Made by a program: the position numbers and the translations under genes. From positions 68,822,001-68,886,000 of the forward strand of contig NW_024704742.1 in NCBI RefSeq assembly GCF_018977255.1: a stretch of 64,000 nt of DNA, written 5' to 3'. Shown here piece after piece: positions 39,785 to 51,342 of the stretch (positions within the stretch are counted from its first letter, which is position 1; every line of letters begins with the position of its first letter). The stretch is from Callorhinchus milii. Taxonomy: Eukaryota. The notes under the pieces are model-generated. The model ran no database searches. It had not been told where the DNA came from and saw nothing but the letters and a program-made list of their open reading frames with translations.

Positions 39785-40167
39785 TAGCTCAGTGATATCG
39801 CTCTTGCCACTGAGTCAGAAGGTTGTGAGTTCAAGCCCCACATCAGGACTTGGAATCACATGGTCTAAGCTGACACTCCAATACAGTGCTGGGGGTGTGT
39901 TTCATAGTTGGAGCTGGCATCCTTCGGATGAGACGTGAAACTGAGGTCCCATCTGTGCCTGTTCAGGTGACCATTAACGATCCCACGGCACTATTCAAGA
40001 AGAGAAGGCTGTTTCTCTCTCCTGGTGTCCTGGCCAACAATCCCTAAAGTAAAATTGGTTAATCACTTCATGGCTGTCTGTGCGACACTGCTATGCGTAA
40101 CTGGTTGCTGCTTTTCGCCCATAGAATACACAATCAATCCACTTTACCCTGTGAAGTGCTTTGAGAC
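39785..40167 (+). mobile_element. SINE family B, tail cut by L2 insertion
   Basis: Head, Deu domain. Confidence 0.88.
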
Positions 40168-40585
40168 AACAACAACAAAGACAACTTGCACTTATATAGC
40201 ACCATCCACTAATGGTAGCATCTCAGAGTGCTCAACAGTGGCATAGCCTGACTCCAAGCCGGGGTGTGGCCGAAAGCACAGTCGAAGAGGAAGGTCTTCA
40301 GGCGCGACTTGAAAAAGTGGAGAGAAAGGGCAAGGCGGAGGGATTGAGGGAGAGTGTTCCAGAGTTTCGGGGCATAGTGGCTGAAAGCACGACCTCTGAT
40401 GGTGGGGCAAACAGTGCAAGGGACAAGCAAGAGGCCGGTGCCAGTCGAGCGGAAGCCCTGGGTGGTGAATTGGGGAGTGAGGAGGTCGGAGAGGTAGGGA
40501 GGTGCCAGAGAGGAAAGGGATTTGAACATGAGCGTGAGGATCTTGACATTGATCAGTTCAGTGATGGGGAGCCACAGCATCCTGG
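40167..40585 (-). mobile_element. L2 LINE 3' fragment
   Basis: LWLPITELINVKILTLMFKSLSSLAPPYLSDLL..GRAFSHYAPKLWNTLP..FKSRLKTFLF (ORF 40209-40589). Confidence 0.93.
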
Positions 40586-40749
40586 CCAAAACTCTTGGGG
40601 TTCTTGTGAGGTTCCAGGTTGTGTTTCTCTGTATCTCTGTAACTGAAGTCAGTCAGGACAGCAGTAGATCATTGTCACTTTTAGCCTCAGTTCCTCTGGA
40701 CTAAGGATTGAAGAACTCTTCAATTCTCTTTAGTGAATGCAAGAGACAG

Positions 40750-41133
40750 TGGGTACAATACTCACCTCACAATTGAGAAGACCTGGGTCCGATTACTGCG
40801 CAGTGCAAAACATTAGGCAAGTTTCCTTACTCCATACGCCTGTTCACCTAACAGTAAGTAGGAATCCAGTTGTTAGTCAATTGGCGGATCGCTTTTCCAG
40901 GGGTAATATTCCCTTCAAATAAATAAATAAATAAATTATATAAAATAATAATAATATTTTGATCATTCAATTCACGACTGTTTGTGGGACACTGCTGTGC
41001 GCAATTGGGTGCCGTGTTTCGGCAACAAAATATACTGTCAATTCACTTTACAGTATATTCTGTGAAGCAATTTGAGACGTCCCAATGCTGTGATAGGGCA
41101 CTGTAACAAATGCAAGGATTTTTATTATCATTA
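40750..41133 (+). mobile_element. SINE family A
   Basis: Decayed head, intact body and tail. Confidence 0.87.
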
Positions 41134-41414
41134 TTGCAACTTACATTTTTACAGCACCTCTCACATCGGGAGGATGCATCAGAGCGTTTTACACAGCTGG
41201 CTGGGCACCCAAGTTGGGTGTGAGGTTGGGGAGGTGAAGATAGTGGTGTGGGGGTGGGAAGGAAAGTTGGCTGGAAGCACAGTTAGAGTTAAGTGTTGAG
41301 GCCACCTTGGAAAATGGGGAGTAGTCAGATGGATTCCAGGATGGAGCTTGGCATCAAACTATACCACTGATAAGCACTGGGAGACACCACCCTGCATGAA
41401 GAGTGCTTGGTATT

Positions 41415-41496
41415 ATTTGTTGTTATTGTTTGTTGTTATTGTTTGTTGTTATTGTTTGTTGTTACTGTTTGTTGTTCTTGTTTGTTGTTATTGTTG
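41415..41496. repeat. 13-bp tandem repeat (TTGTTATTGTTTG), about 6 units, at an L2-like tail
   Basis: Read directly. Confidence 0.85.
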
Positions 41497-41874
41497 AGCA
41501 CCAGAGAGCGGGGCAGATTGGATGAAAGCTCAGAAATAAGGTGTAGGCAGGACTTCCACAGGCTGGCGTGATGTAGTCAAGTGTAGTTACTGTTTTTTTT
41601 TGTAGGCAAACCATTTTGCACTAGACAAGGTACAACAGAAAGCCACAACCTCGATGAGATGAATATTTTATCTAAAGGTTGTTTGGCCTGGAGACCGGAA
41701 CCTAATCCTGTCTCATTATCAACAGTGTCACAGGAATCTTCATCATCCACCTGTAGAACAAACAGTTAGGATCTCAGTGTAACATCTATTTGAAAACCAA
41801 TACCTCTGACAACGTAGCGCGCCCCCCAGCACCGCGCCCTCCAGTACTGGGGCGTCAGTACTGACACCTGCAGA

Positions 41875-42262
41875 ATCCCAAGCAAACCAGACTGAGAATT
41901 CCATACATCCCACCTCCACATGGAAATTCTCATGATTAGAATGGAATATGCACTCTCTCTCCAGAGGGACGCACCCTGCTTACCTAATTCCGGAGAGTAA
42001 TGGGTGCAGGTTGGCAAGAGACAGAGTGTGTGTTGGGATCACGTCTGGAGTTTAACCAGCTAAAACCATACAGCTTTCCACTGATACCAATGTCTGGCAA
42101 ACTTCACGCTGCTTGTCCAGTTAGGATCACCCTACCGTATAGGGTTTTGGCTTTAGGGTTAACAGAAGCTGAGTGAAAGGATTCCCTGCCCCCAGTGCCC
42201 CCAGTCTGCCCTTCCAAGTCCTGCCGATGTGCTGTCATCAGCAGTGCCCTGGAGGATGAAAG
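41875..42262 (+). mobile_element. Unclassified element X, internal portion
   Basis: Colinear with 11425-11899. Confidence 0.85.
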
Positions 42263-42874
42263 GGGAAGCGTATATCATGAACCATCTTTTCATATCTTGA
42301 AGCATCCTCTTCAGCGAAGACTGATGATCTCAGCTTATTACAATGAAGCTGGGCTGTCACAAGCAGCTTCTCAGTTTCCCCCCAACATCACAATTAAGAA
42401 TGATTTGTTCCTTCAGAATAGGTGTCCTTTAGTCCTTTAGTCCTTTAGTTCACTGTTAAAGTTTTGCTGAGTGATTCCTTAAGTTAACTCAGTGGTGACG
42501 GGCTGGTAATAAGACAGTAACTCTGATGAAATATGACCAAGGATGAACTTAGTAAAACAATTTTCTAATGGAGCATTGCGAGTATTCATTAAAAGTAAAT
42601 TATGGTGTGTAATCAATTCACCACAAAAATATCATTATTGTTGCCCCATTAATTCTGAAAAATGTAAACCTATCGCGACAATGAGACATTCGAAAGCTCT
42701 CAAAGTGGTTTTGTTCTCGTGGAAATCTTTGGCAGGACAATTTCTCATCTCGCTTTGCCCATCGCGTCAAAGCTGAAGGTCAACCACAACTGTTTAACAA
42801 ACTAATCTGTTATTGCTTGAAATTGGAATTCAAAGCGGCTATTTACCATGAACTGCAATGTAAAAATGTCACAT

Positions 42875-43297
42875 TTAACTCAGTTGGTGGCACCCTCACT
42901 TGTGGTTCATGGTTGTCGGTTCAAACTCCATGTTAGAGACTTTGGTTCCCAGGCTAAGCTAACAATCAGGTGCAGTGCTGAGGGGCATGTTGCATTGTCA
43001 GAGTTGCCGTCCTTTGAATGAGATGTTAAATCGAGGTCCTGTCTGCCTGCTCAGGTAACACTATTTGAAAAGAGAAGGGAGTTTCTCTCTCCCAGTGTCC
43101 AAGCCAACAAATCCCCCAAATAAAATTGGTCACTCACTCTGTGGCTGTTTGTGAGTCACTGCTGTGCACAAACTAGCATTTTGCCCCAAAAATACACAAT
43201 CAATACACTTTACAGTATATTCTGTAAAGCGCTCTGAGATATCTTGATGAGGTGGTAAGGCATTATATCAAACGGAAGGATTATTATTATTATTACT
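42875..43297 (+). mobile_element. SINE family B
   Basis: Head, Deu domain, (ATT)n. Confidence 0.87.
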
Positions 43298-43311
43298 ACA
43301 TAAAAGTAAGC

Positions 43312-44122
43312 TTTCTTGGTTGGCACCCATAAGCGCCTCCGCACCTCAGGCGGTGACAACATCACCATCCAAGGATGCACACTCTACCTTACTAAGCCAG
43401 TCCAGAACCTTGGCGTCTTGTTTGACCCTTAACGATCCTTTGTGCCCCACATCCGTGCCATGACCCGCTCTGCCTTCCCCCACCTCTGCAAAATCGCCCG
43501 GCTCCCCCACTGTCTCACACCGCAGGCCCCTGAGACCCTCATACACGCATTCATAACATCAAGACTTAACTATGCAAACTCCTTGTTTGTCGGCCTCCCC
43601 AACCCCTCCCTCCATAGGCTGCAGATCATCCAGAACTCCGCAGCCCGTGTCCTCTCCCGCACCAGACTCTGTGACCCTATCACCTCCATCCTCGCCTGAC
43701 TCCTAACCATCACACACAGGACACAGTTTAAGATCCTGGTCCTCACCTTGAAAGCCTTCCATTGTCTTCCGCTCCCCTACCTCTGCGACCATCTAACCCC
43801 TTACCATCCTGCCCACTCCTTCCACTCCAGCCTGCTTCACATCCCCACCTCACCCGCCCCACCATTGGCGGGCGAGCCTTCTGCCACTCTACCCCCACCC
43901 TCTGCAACTCCATTCCACAGTCCCTCCGCCTCACCCCCTCCCTCCCTTGCCTCCTTAAAGACCCATCTCAAGACCTTGATCTTTGACCGTGCTTTCGATC
44001 ATCCTCCTTCCCTCCCACCCTCCCCATCCCCAATCCCGATCCCCAGAAACACTGACTTATCCAGCACCATGGTACTCCTGGTGTGTTAGGCGCTACACAA
44101 ATATAATTTTGCTGTTGTTGTT
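43312..44122 (+). mobile_element. L2 LINE 3' fragment
   Basis: ETLIHAFITSRLNYANSL..RLQIIQNSAARVL..IGGRAF..LKTHLKTLIF; (TTG)n tail. Confidence 0.93.
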
Positions 44123-44556
44123 ATAAATAAAAGAGACGTGAGTTAAAATAAGTCTGCCTGTTCAGGTGGATGTTAAAGATCCCATGGCACTACTTAAAAA
44201 GAGAAGGGATTTTTTTCCAGTGTCCTGCCCAACAATCCCCCCAGATGAAATGGATTATTCACTTTGTGGCTGTTTGTGGGAAACTGCTATGTGCAAATTG
44301 ACTGCTATGCTGTACCTACAAAATACAGTCACTTGACAGAGGTTATTGTAAAGCACTTCAAAGTCACATGTGATGTATGAAATGAATGCATTATGTATTA
44401 AATTAAAATCACTCTTTGAGCCATTTTATGTGAAACACTCCAGACAGTTCCAAGTTATTATTAATGTAAAATAATAGTTCACACAGCAGCATTAGCTATG
44501 ATATTCTCTAAGATAATTTTTTTTAATTTTTCAGGGTTTGAAAATGCTCAATAGGT

Positions 44557-44960
44557 GTGTCAGCCTGGCTCAGTTAGTAGCACTTCCACCCCTGAGTCAA
44601 AAGGTTATGGATTCGAGTTCCACTTACAGCTATACTGTGCTGGGGCTGTCCTACCTTGTCATAGATGCCATGCTGCAAATGTTAAACTGAGGTCCCATCT
44701 CCCTGCCTAGGTAGACATTAAAGATCTCATGGCACGATTTCAAAAGAAAATGGAGTTTCTTTGGCTTCCTAGCCAATATTCCCCCATGGAATTGGTCATT
44801 CACTTCATGACTGTTTGTGGGCTATTGCTGTGTGCAAATTGGTCTCCAGGTTCCCCTACAAAATATACAGTCATTATGCTATACAGTCATATCCTGTGAA
44901 GCACTTTGAGATGTCCTCCTGATGTGAAAAACATATTGTAGTCAAGGGTTCGTATTACTA
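44557..44960 (+). mobile_element. SINE family B
   Basis: GTGTCAGCCTGGCTCAGTTAGTAGC head, Deu domain. Confidence 0.87.
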
Positions 44961-44961
44961 G

Positions 44962-45337
44962 TATCCTGTAGTGTATTGGTTAGAACGCTCGCCATGCAAG
45001 CGAGAGGACTCGCGTTTGATTCCTGGACAGGGCGAAACCTTAGGCAAGCTTTTCCTTACTCCACACGTCTCTATTTGCCTAGCAGTAAGTAGGAACCTAT
45101 TAGTTAGTCAATTGGCGATTGCTTTCCAGGAGTAATAATCCCTTCAAAAAATGAATAAATAATTTGGTTACTCAATCTATGACTGTTTGTGGGACACTGC
45201 TGTGCGCAATTGGCTGTTGCGTTTTGCCCACAAAATACAGTTAATTCACTTTACAGTATATTCTGTGAAGTGCTTTGAGACGTCTCAACGATGTGATAAG
45301 ATGCTATATCTAATGCAAGGATGATTATTATTATTAT
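44962..45337 (+). mobile_element. SINE family A, full length
   Basis: Head to tail. Confidence 0.92.
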
Positions 45338-46052
45338 TGGAAGGCAAATGTGCCAGCCAATTGTCCTCAGCAAAGTCTCATAGACAACCAATGAAATGAA
45401 AGACCAATGTATCTGTTGGCTCATTGGCCAGGACAGTTGGAAAAATTCCCTTCTGCATATAGAGTTGTGGTGTCTTTGCGGTCCACCTGAAAAGGCAGAA
45501 GGACCCCGGTCTAACATCTCATCCAAAGGTCGTATTTAAAGATAAAACCTTTATTTTAGGCAATACTGTGGATGGGGGGGGGGAGAGATTTAGATCGGAC
45601 ATCCTGAATAGCTTAAGAAGCTGCTGGTTGTGAATTATAGCCTTGAGCCATCAGCACAAAAAAAGGATAATGTTTCCAGGTGGAATTATTGCTGAGATAT
45701 TCAGCAAAACTAGACACTGCCAAATCCCAAAGTTCTTCTGATGACCCTTTTACTAATTCTCTGTCAACATTTAAAATGCCTCTAATGATACCATAATCCA
45801 TTTTGCCTTTGTCCTTGTCCTGATGTGAAAAACAATATATTGTAGTCAAGGGTTCATATTACTAATATCCTGTAGTGTATTGGTTAGCAGGAACCTGTTA
45901 GTTAGTCAATTGGTGATTGCTTTCCAGAGGTAATAATCCCTTCAAAAAATGAATAAATAATTTGGTCTAATAAATACATAGAGTCTAGCAGACCTATTCT
46001 TTCAAGCCATGGGATTTACATTGGTTTCATTTCAGATGGAGCGATTACTTAC

Positions 46053-46225
46053 TGGTGCATTAGTAGGCAGTGACACCGGCCGGCTCCTGAAGGAATAAAG
46101 GTTTGTTCGAATGACTGAATCATGGCAGATAATGATCCGTCGGCATGTTTGGTGCAACATCATCCGTAACATGGGTGGAGTGAGGAGGAAGTTACTGGTG
46201 TCAGACGTTGTCACACTCAACTCAT
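46053..46225 (-). CDS. Candidate internal exon (173 nt, phase 1 to 0) of an unidentified gene: ELSVTTSDTSNFLLTPPMLRMMLHQTCRRIIICHDSVIRTNLYSFRSRPVSLPTNAP
   Basis: Minus-strand acceptor TTTTTTTTCTTTAACCTTTATTTTCTCTTGCAG, donor CCA|GTAAGT, unique CpG-retaining sequence, only one of three frames open; peptide not recognised. Confidence 0.5.
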
Positions 46226-47735
46226 CTGCAAGAGAAAATAAAGGTTAAAGAAAAAAAACTTGAGGGGTTGGAACAGCACATTGTGAACACTCTGTACAGT
46301 TATTTCCTGTCTGTTTTTCTATCTGTTTCTCTCTTCTTTTCTTTAACCAAGTGTGAGGTGGCACCACATGCTCAGTTGGTAACATTCCTGCCTCTGAGTC
46401 AGATGTTTGTGGGTTCAAACCCAGTGTTTGGATTTTGACCTCACACCGTCTAAACTGATGCTCCAGTGCAGTGCTGGGGAGGAGTGCTGAATTGTCAAAG
46501 CTGTCCTACCTGCCCGTTCAAGTGGATGTGAAAGATCCTGTGGCACAATTGGAAAAGAGAAGGGAGTTTCCTGGCTAACAATCTGATAAAATTGATTATT
46601 CACTTCATGGTTGTTTATGGGACTTTGCTGCCTGCAAATTGGTATCTGTGTTCACCTAAGAATAGGTGACTACAGTAGATCCTGGTAAGTGCTTTCAGAT
46701 GTTTTGATGACATGATAAGGTGCAAGTAAAATTACATACTAAAACATAGAAAACATAGACATCTACAGTGTATAGACATCTGGACAATGAAATGCTAGGC
46801 CTTGGGTGGGATTTTTCCTCAATAGTTTGATGGATGTAATGCTTCAGTGTGGCAACTTTTGATGACACCCAGCCTGTGTGGGAATTAACTCTCCTGATCT
46901 GGTTGTTGAGACTTGTTGGTTGTCAACTTGTGTCATCCAGCAAAGAGAAAGGAGTTTCTCTCCCGGTGTCCTGGCAAACAATCCCCCGGATGAAACTGAT
47001 CATTCACTTCATGGCTGTGAAGAATTTGGCTGCCACTTATGCCTACAAATTATATGGTCACTACACCTTACAGTGTATCCTGTGAAGCGAATTGAGATGT
47101 CTCTCCTTGTCTTCTTTGCCCTCCACCCCTCCTGATCCCAACACCCTGCTAGAATCCAAATCCCTGACTGTCCAGCAACTTGGGATGTTCTTCCGGTATG
47201 ACAGGCATTGTACAAATGTAATTTGTTGTTGTCTCTGTCACATGACAAGGGACCATATCAAATGCAAGGGATATTATTAATAATAATGAATAACACTTGT
47301 CCAGCTGAGCTGTGTAACCGGACTTTAGCAGTAACCTCGCTGTTTTGTCAAGGCGCCATGGTTTAAAATGTAATGGTTGATTTCAAGTGCTGAGTCTTGC
47401 AGCTTTTATATGAAAAGAAAATCCAATGATTTATTTATTGCTCATCGTACTGCTCGGCAGTTGGGATTTGAGGAATGATTGGAGTACGGCAGCTTTGAGA
47501 CCTGCATTTGCTTTGCTCTGGTAACCAGCTCTGACAGAGAGAAATACTTCGTCACACCTCACCCATTATCGTATTATCGGGAGTCAAGAGGGCGATTGAC
47601 GGATGATATATTGTTCTTTTCAGAATGACCGGACAGAGAGAGGGAAAAAAAGCACCGCATATTCCCATAACATCCCCTGCATTTTGATACCATGCTCTGT
47701 CCTCCTTGGAAACTGAACTGGCTCCAAGGTGATAT

Positions 47736-48222
47736 TTTTGGCAACGGAATGTCAGAAATTGAGCCAGCCCTCTGTGATGGTCTCTAGTCCGGTTCCTGAG
47801 CTATGCAGTTCCGCAATCCACCAGGCAGCACATCCAGCCTGGCTCAACCACAGGACTTGGAGGGACAAACCAGTCACTGTGAGCAAAGACTCTTCCCATT
47901 CGGCTCCTGTTAACCCTGCAAGCCAAAGTTCTAATGTGGTCCTAGCAGGAAGATTGGCAGACAGTGCTCTCAATGCCAACCTATGCAGTCTTAGCTAGTT
48001 AAACTCCATCAGTATCCCAACGCACACTCAGGGGGTCCCCAAGCCTTGGCTCTTTCCAACCTGTACCTCATATTGAAATTAGGTAAAGAGAGTGCGTCCC
48101 TCCAGGGAGAGAATACGCATTCCATTCCAGACACAGGGAGTTTTTCACTCTCAGTCTGGTATAGATACAGTTAAGCATGATGATCAGTTTTCACATGTGT
48201 CAGACAACTGGCTGAGTAAAAA
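47736..48222 (-). mobile_element. Unclassified element X, both ends present
   Basis: TTTTGGCAACGGAATGTCAGAA ... TGTCAGACAACTGGCTGAGTAAAAAA. Confidence 0.87.
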
Positions 48223-48398
48223 ATAAAATTTCAAAGCGCTTTACCAAGGTTTCTGTAATGTTTAGTGACTCTGTTTGTAGATGAACACAGCAGCTGATTT
48301 GAGCATAGCTATGACCCCCAAACAGTCTGGAGGTGACCAATGTAACTAGAGGATTGTTGGCCAGGGAACTGGGAGAAATCCCCTTCTCTTTTCAGTGG

Positions 48399-48713
48399 AG
48401 TGGTTAGAGCACTCGCTTTGCAAGCGAGAGACCTGAGTTCAATTTCAGGCAGGGCGAAACCTTGGGCAAGTTTCCTTACTCCACACAGAGCCTAATAATA
48501 ATCCCTTCAAAAACCAAAAACAATAATTAAATTGGTCATTTTCAATCTACGACTGTTTGTGGGACATTGCTGTGCGCAATTGGCTGCCGCGTTCGCCCAC
48601 AAATATACAGTCAATTCACTTTACAGTGTGGTCTGTGAAGCGCTTTGGGACGTCCTCCCGACGTGAAAAGCGCTATATCAAATGCAAGGATTATTATTAT
48701 TATTATTATTATT
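48399..48713 (+). mobile_element. SINE family A, young short subfamily, nested in a minus-strand family B copy
   Basis: CpGs retained; TGC anticodon loop; tail GCGCTTTGGGACGTCCTCCCGACGTGAAAAGCGC; host resumes at AAATAGTGC. Confidence 0.95.
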
Positions 48714-49007
48714 AAATAGTGCATTGGTTCCTAAACACCCACTTGCAAAGATAGATGAGAACATGATTTAAAGATTCATCCAATGGACAGCACCTCTGAC
48801 AATCCAACACTTCCCCAGCACTGCGCCAGCCTAGATTATGTGGATTCTAAATTGGGCTTGGGAAAAGAGCAGAGTCCTATTGATCATATGTATTGGCGCC
48901 TCATATTGATCATATGTCAACAGGCACAAATGGGACCTTGTGGTTAAATCAAATCAGGAGGAAATGGAATTATTTTTTTCTTTTGCTTCCGTGTTGTTGA
49001 CCACTAG

Positions 49008-49027
49008 GTCTCACAAACCACCATAAG
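49008..49027 (+). other. Candidate 20-nt microexon GTCTCACAAACCACCATAAG
   Basis: Pyrimidine tract with TGC, about 45 nt free of AG, then TAG| and a consensus donor AAG|GTAAGT. Confidence 0.35.
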
Positions 49028-49104
49028 GTAAGTCAGCAATTTATCGGGGGGGCGGGGGGGGGAGGGGGGGTAAATTGATGCAGGTCAGGTCAAGCAAATT
49101 GTTT

Positions 49105-51342
49105 CTCTTGAAACCCCTTGTTGAAGCCTTTCCTCCAGGCTACACCTTCCACCACACCCCCCATCCAAACCAACGTGGCGACGGGGTGGCCTTCATTGCC
49201 AAAGCCTCCCTTGGTCTTATCCCCTACTCCTCTGGCTGCTTCCCCTCCTTCGAGCACTGCACCCTCTTCCATCCCTCTCTCCCATTGAAAATTCTTCTTG
49301 TCTACCGCACCCCCTAAGCCCTGGGCTCTTTCCACACAGACATCTCTACTCTCCTCTCTTCCCTGTCCTTCTGCTCCGAATGCCTGCTCATAATGGACAA
49401 TTTCAACCTCCACCTAAGCTCCCCTTGCACCACCTCTTCTGACTTCACTGTCTCCTCTCTTCCCTAAACCTCACCCTTCACATAAATTCACCGACCCACA
49501 ACCATGGCCATGCCCTCGACCTCGTTATCACCCATGACCTTGACATTTCCGACCTTAGCATAGTGGACAAGGCCATCTTGGACCACTTCCTCATCTTTTT
49601 CTCCTCTCACATCCCTCTCTCCTACACCAAGCCCTCAACCCTCCTCTAACGCCCTTGGAAAAGGCTACCCTCTGAGACCCTTATAAAGGCCCGAACATCA
49701 TCAAACATCCTATCCCTCTGGCCTTCCACCCACAGAGTTCCTGAAGCAGTCGTCCAGCTGCTCCATGATCGCCTCTCCTCCACCTTCAACTCCCTCGTCC
49801 CCCTGAAATCCAGGACCATCTCCAAATTCACCCGATCCCCCTGGTACAACAACCATCTCCGCCGCCTAAAAACCTAAACCCGTCTGCTCGAGGGCAGATG
49901 GCGGAAAATTGGCCTGACAGTTCACCGCCAACTATGGCTCGAGCATCTCCACAGCTACCGCCGTTCTTTGTCAAGCGCAAAAACGGCCTTTTACTCCAAC
50001 ATTATCTTGGAGGCTAAACACAACCCCAAAATCCTTTTTTCCACTACCCACTACCTACTCCGTGCCCCCCCTCAGGCCTCCTCAATCTTCATATCAAATG
50101 CCAAGTGCGAGGAGGTAATGGACTTCTTCATGGCCTCATCCACCTGTGTCTTGTCACCCACCTCCACTCCCTCTCTGTCCCCCTCACCCTCCCCATCATC
50201 TGCTCCTATCACCATCCCCATCCTACATTCCTTCCTCCCCATCTCTCCCTCCTCCCTCTTACCCACCATCACCTCCATGAAGCCCATCACCTGTTGCCTC
50301 GACCCCCTCCCCACCAACTTGCTGGTCACCCAGCTCCCCCTCCTCTGCCCACTACTGGCTGACGTCATCAACCAGTCCCTCTCCTCCTGCTTCCCTCAAA
50401 ACTGCTGTCATCACCCCCCCTCCTGAAAAACCTTCCCTAGATCCCTCGAACCCCAGCCACTACCGCCCCATTTCTAAACTGCCCTTCCTCTCAAAAGTCC
50501 TAGAATGCGTTGTTGCCAATCAACTCCGTGCACACCTCTCCTCTTTGAACCCCTCCAGTCTGGTTTCCGCTCTGCCCACAGTATAGAGACTGCGCTTGTG
50601 AAAGTCACAAAGAACATCCTCTCTATCTGTGACGAGGGCTCCCTCTGCCTCCTTGTCCTCCTGGACCTCTCCGCCGTGTTCAACACAATCGATCACACCA
50701 TCCTCCTCCACCGCCTTTCCTCCGTCATCCACCTCAGTGGGACTGCACTTGCCTGGTTCGAGTCCTATCTCACAAACTGCCAGCAGTACATCTGCACAGA
50801 TGGCTTCTCTTCCCGCTCTCACCAGGTTACCTGCGGGGTACCCCCAAGGATTAATCCTTGGCCCCCTCCTCTTTCTGATCTACCTGCTCCCTCTTGGGGA
50901 TGTCATCTGCCGACATGGGGTACATTTCCACATGTATGCGGACGACACCCAACTCTATTTTTCCACCTCTCTTTGCAACCCCCATTCCCCTGATGTTCTG
51001 TCAGCCTGCCTGTCAGACCACAGGGCTGGATGAGCGCAAATTTCTTTCAGTTGAACGTTGACAAGACAGAAGCCATACTTTTTAGCTCTCGTCAACATCT
51101 AAAATCTCACGGTTTTCACCTCCTCCACCTACCCGACCTCCCCATAAAACTCTCTGAACCCATACGCAACCTAGGAGTCAGGTTCGACCTCCAATTATCC
51201 TTCCTCCCCCACATCTGGTCCCTCACCAGCACCACTTTCTTCCACCTCTGACCCATCGCCCGTCTCCACCAATACCTCTCTCCGAAAGCCGCTGAAAACC
51301 CTAGTCCATGCCTTTGTCACCTCTCGGCTGGACTATTCTAAT
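49105..51342 (+). mobile_element. Decayed L2 LINE ORF2 (AP endonuclease + reverse transcriptase), both ends truncated
   Basis: PPGYTFHHTP..RGDGVA, PTHNHGHALDLV, YRPISKLPFLSKVLE, QSGFRSAHSIETAL, LLDLSAVFNTIDH, QGLILGPLLF, YADDTQL; many stops and frameshifts. Confidence 0.96.

Noticed and set aside
44535..44560. Plus-strand 20-nt microexon after TTTTTCAG
   Set aside because: Putative donor GTGTGT is weak and is simply the start of a family B SINE
47624..47728. Plus-strand exon after TTGTTCTTTTCAG
   Set aside because: Stops in all three frames and a weak GTGATA donor
49105..51342. Active autonomous L2
   Set aside because: Multiple stops and frameshifts, altered catalytic motifs, both ends missing
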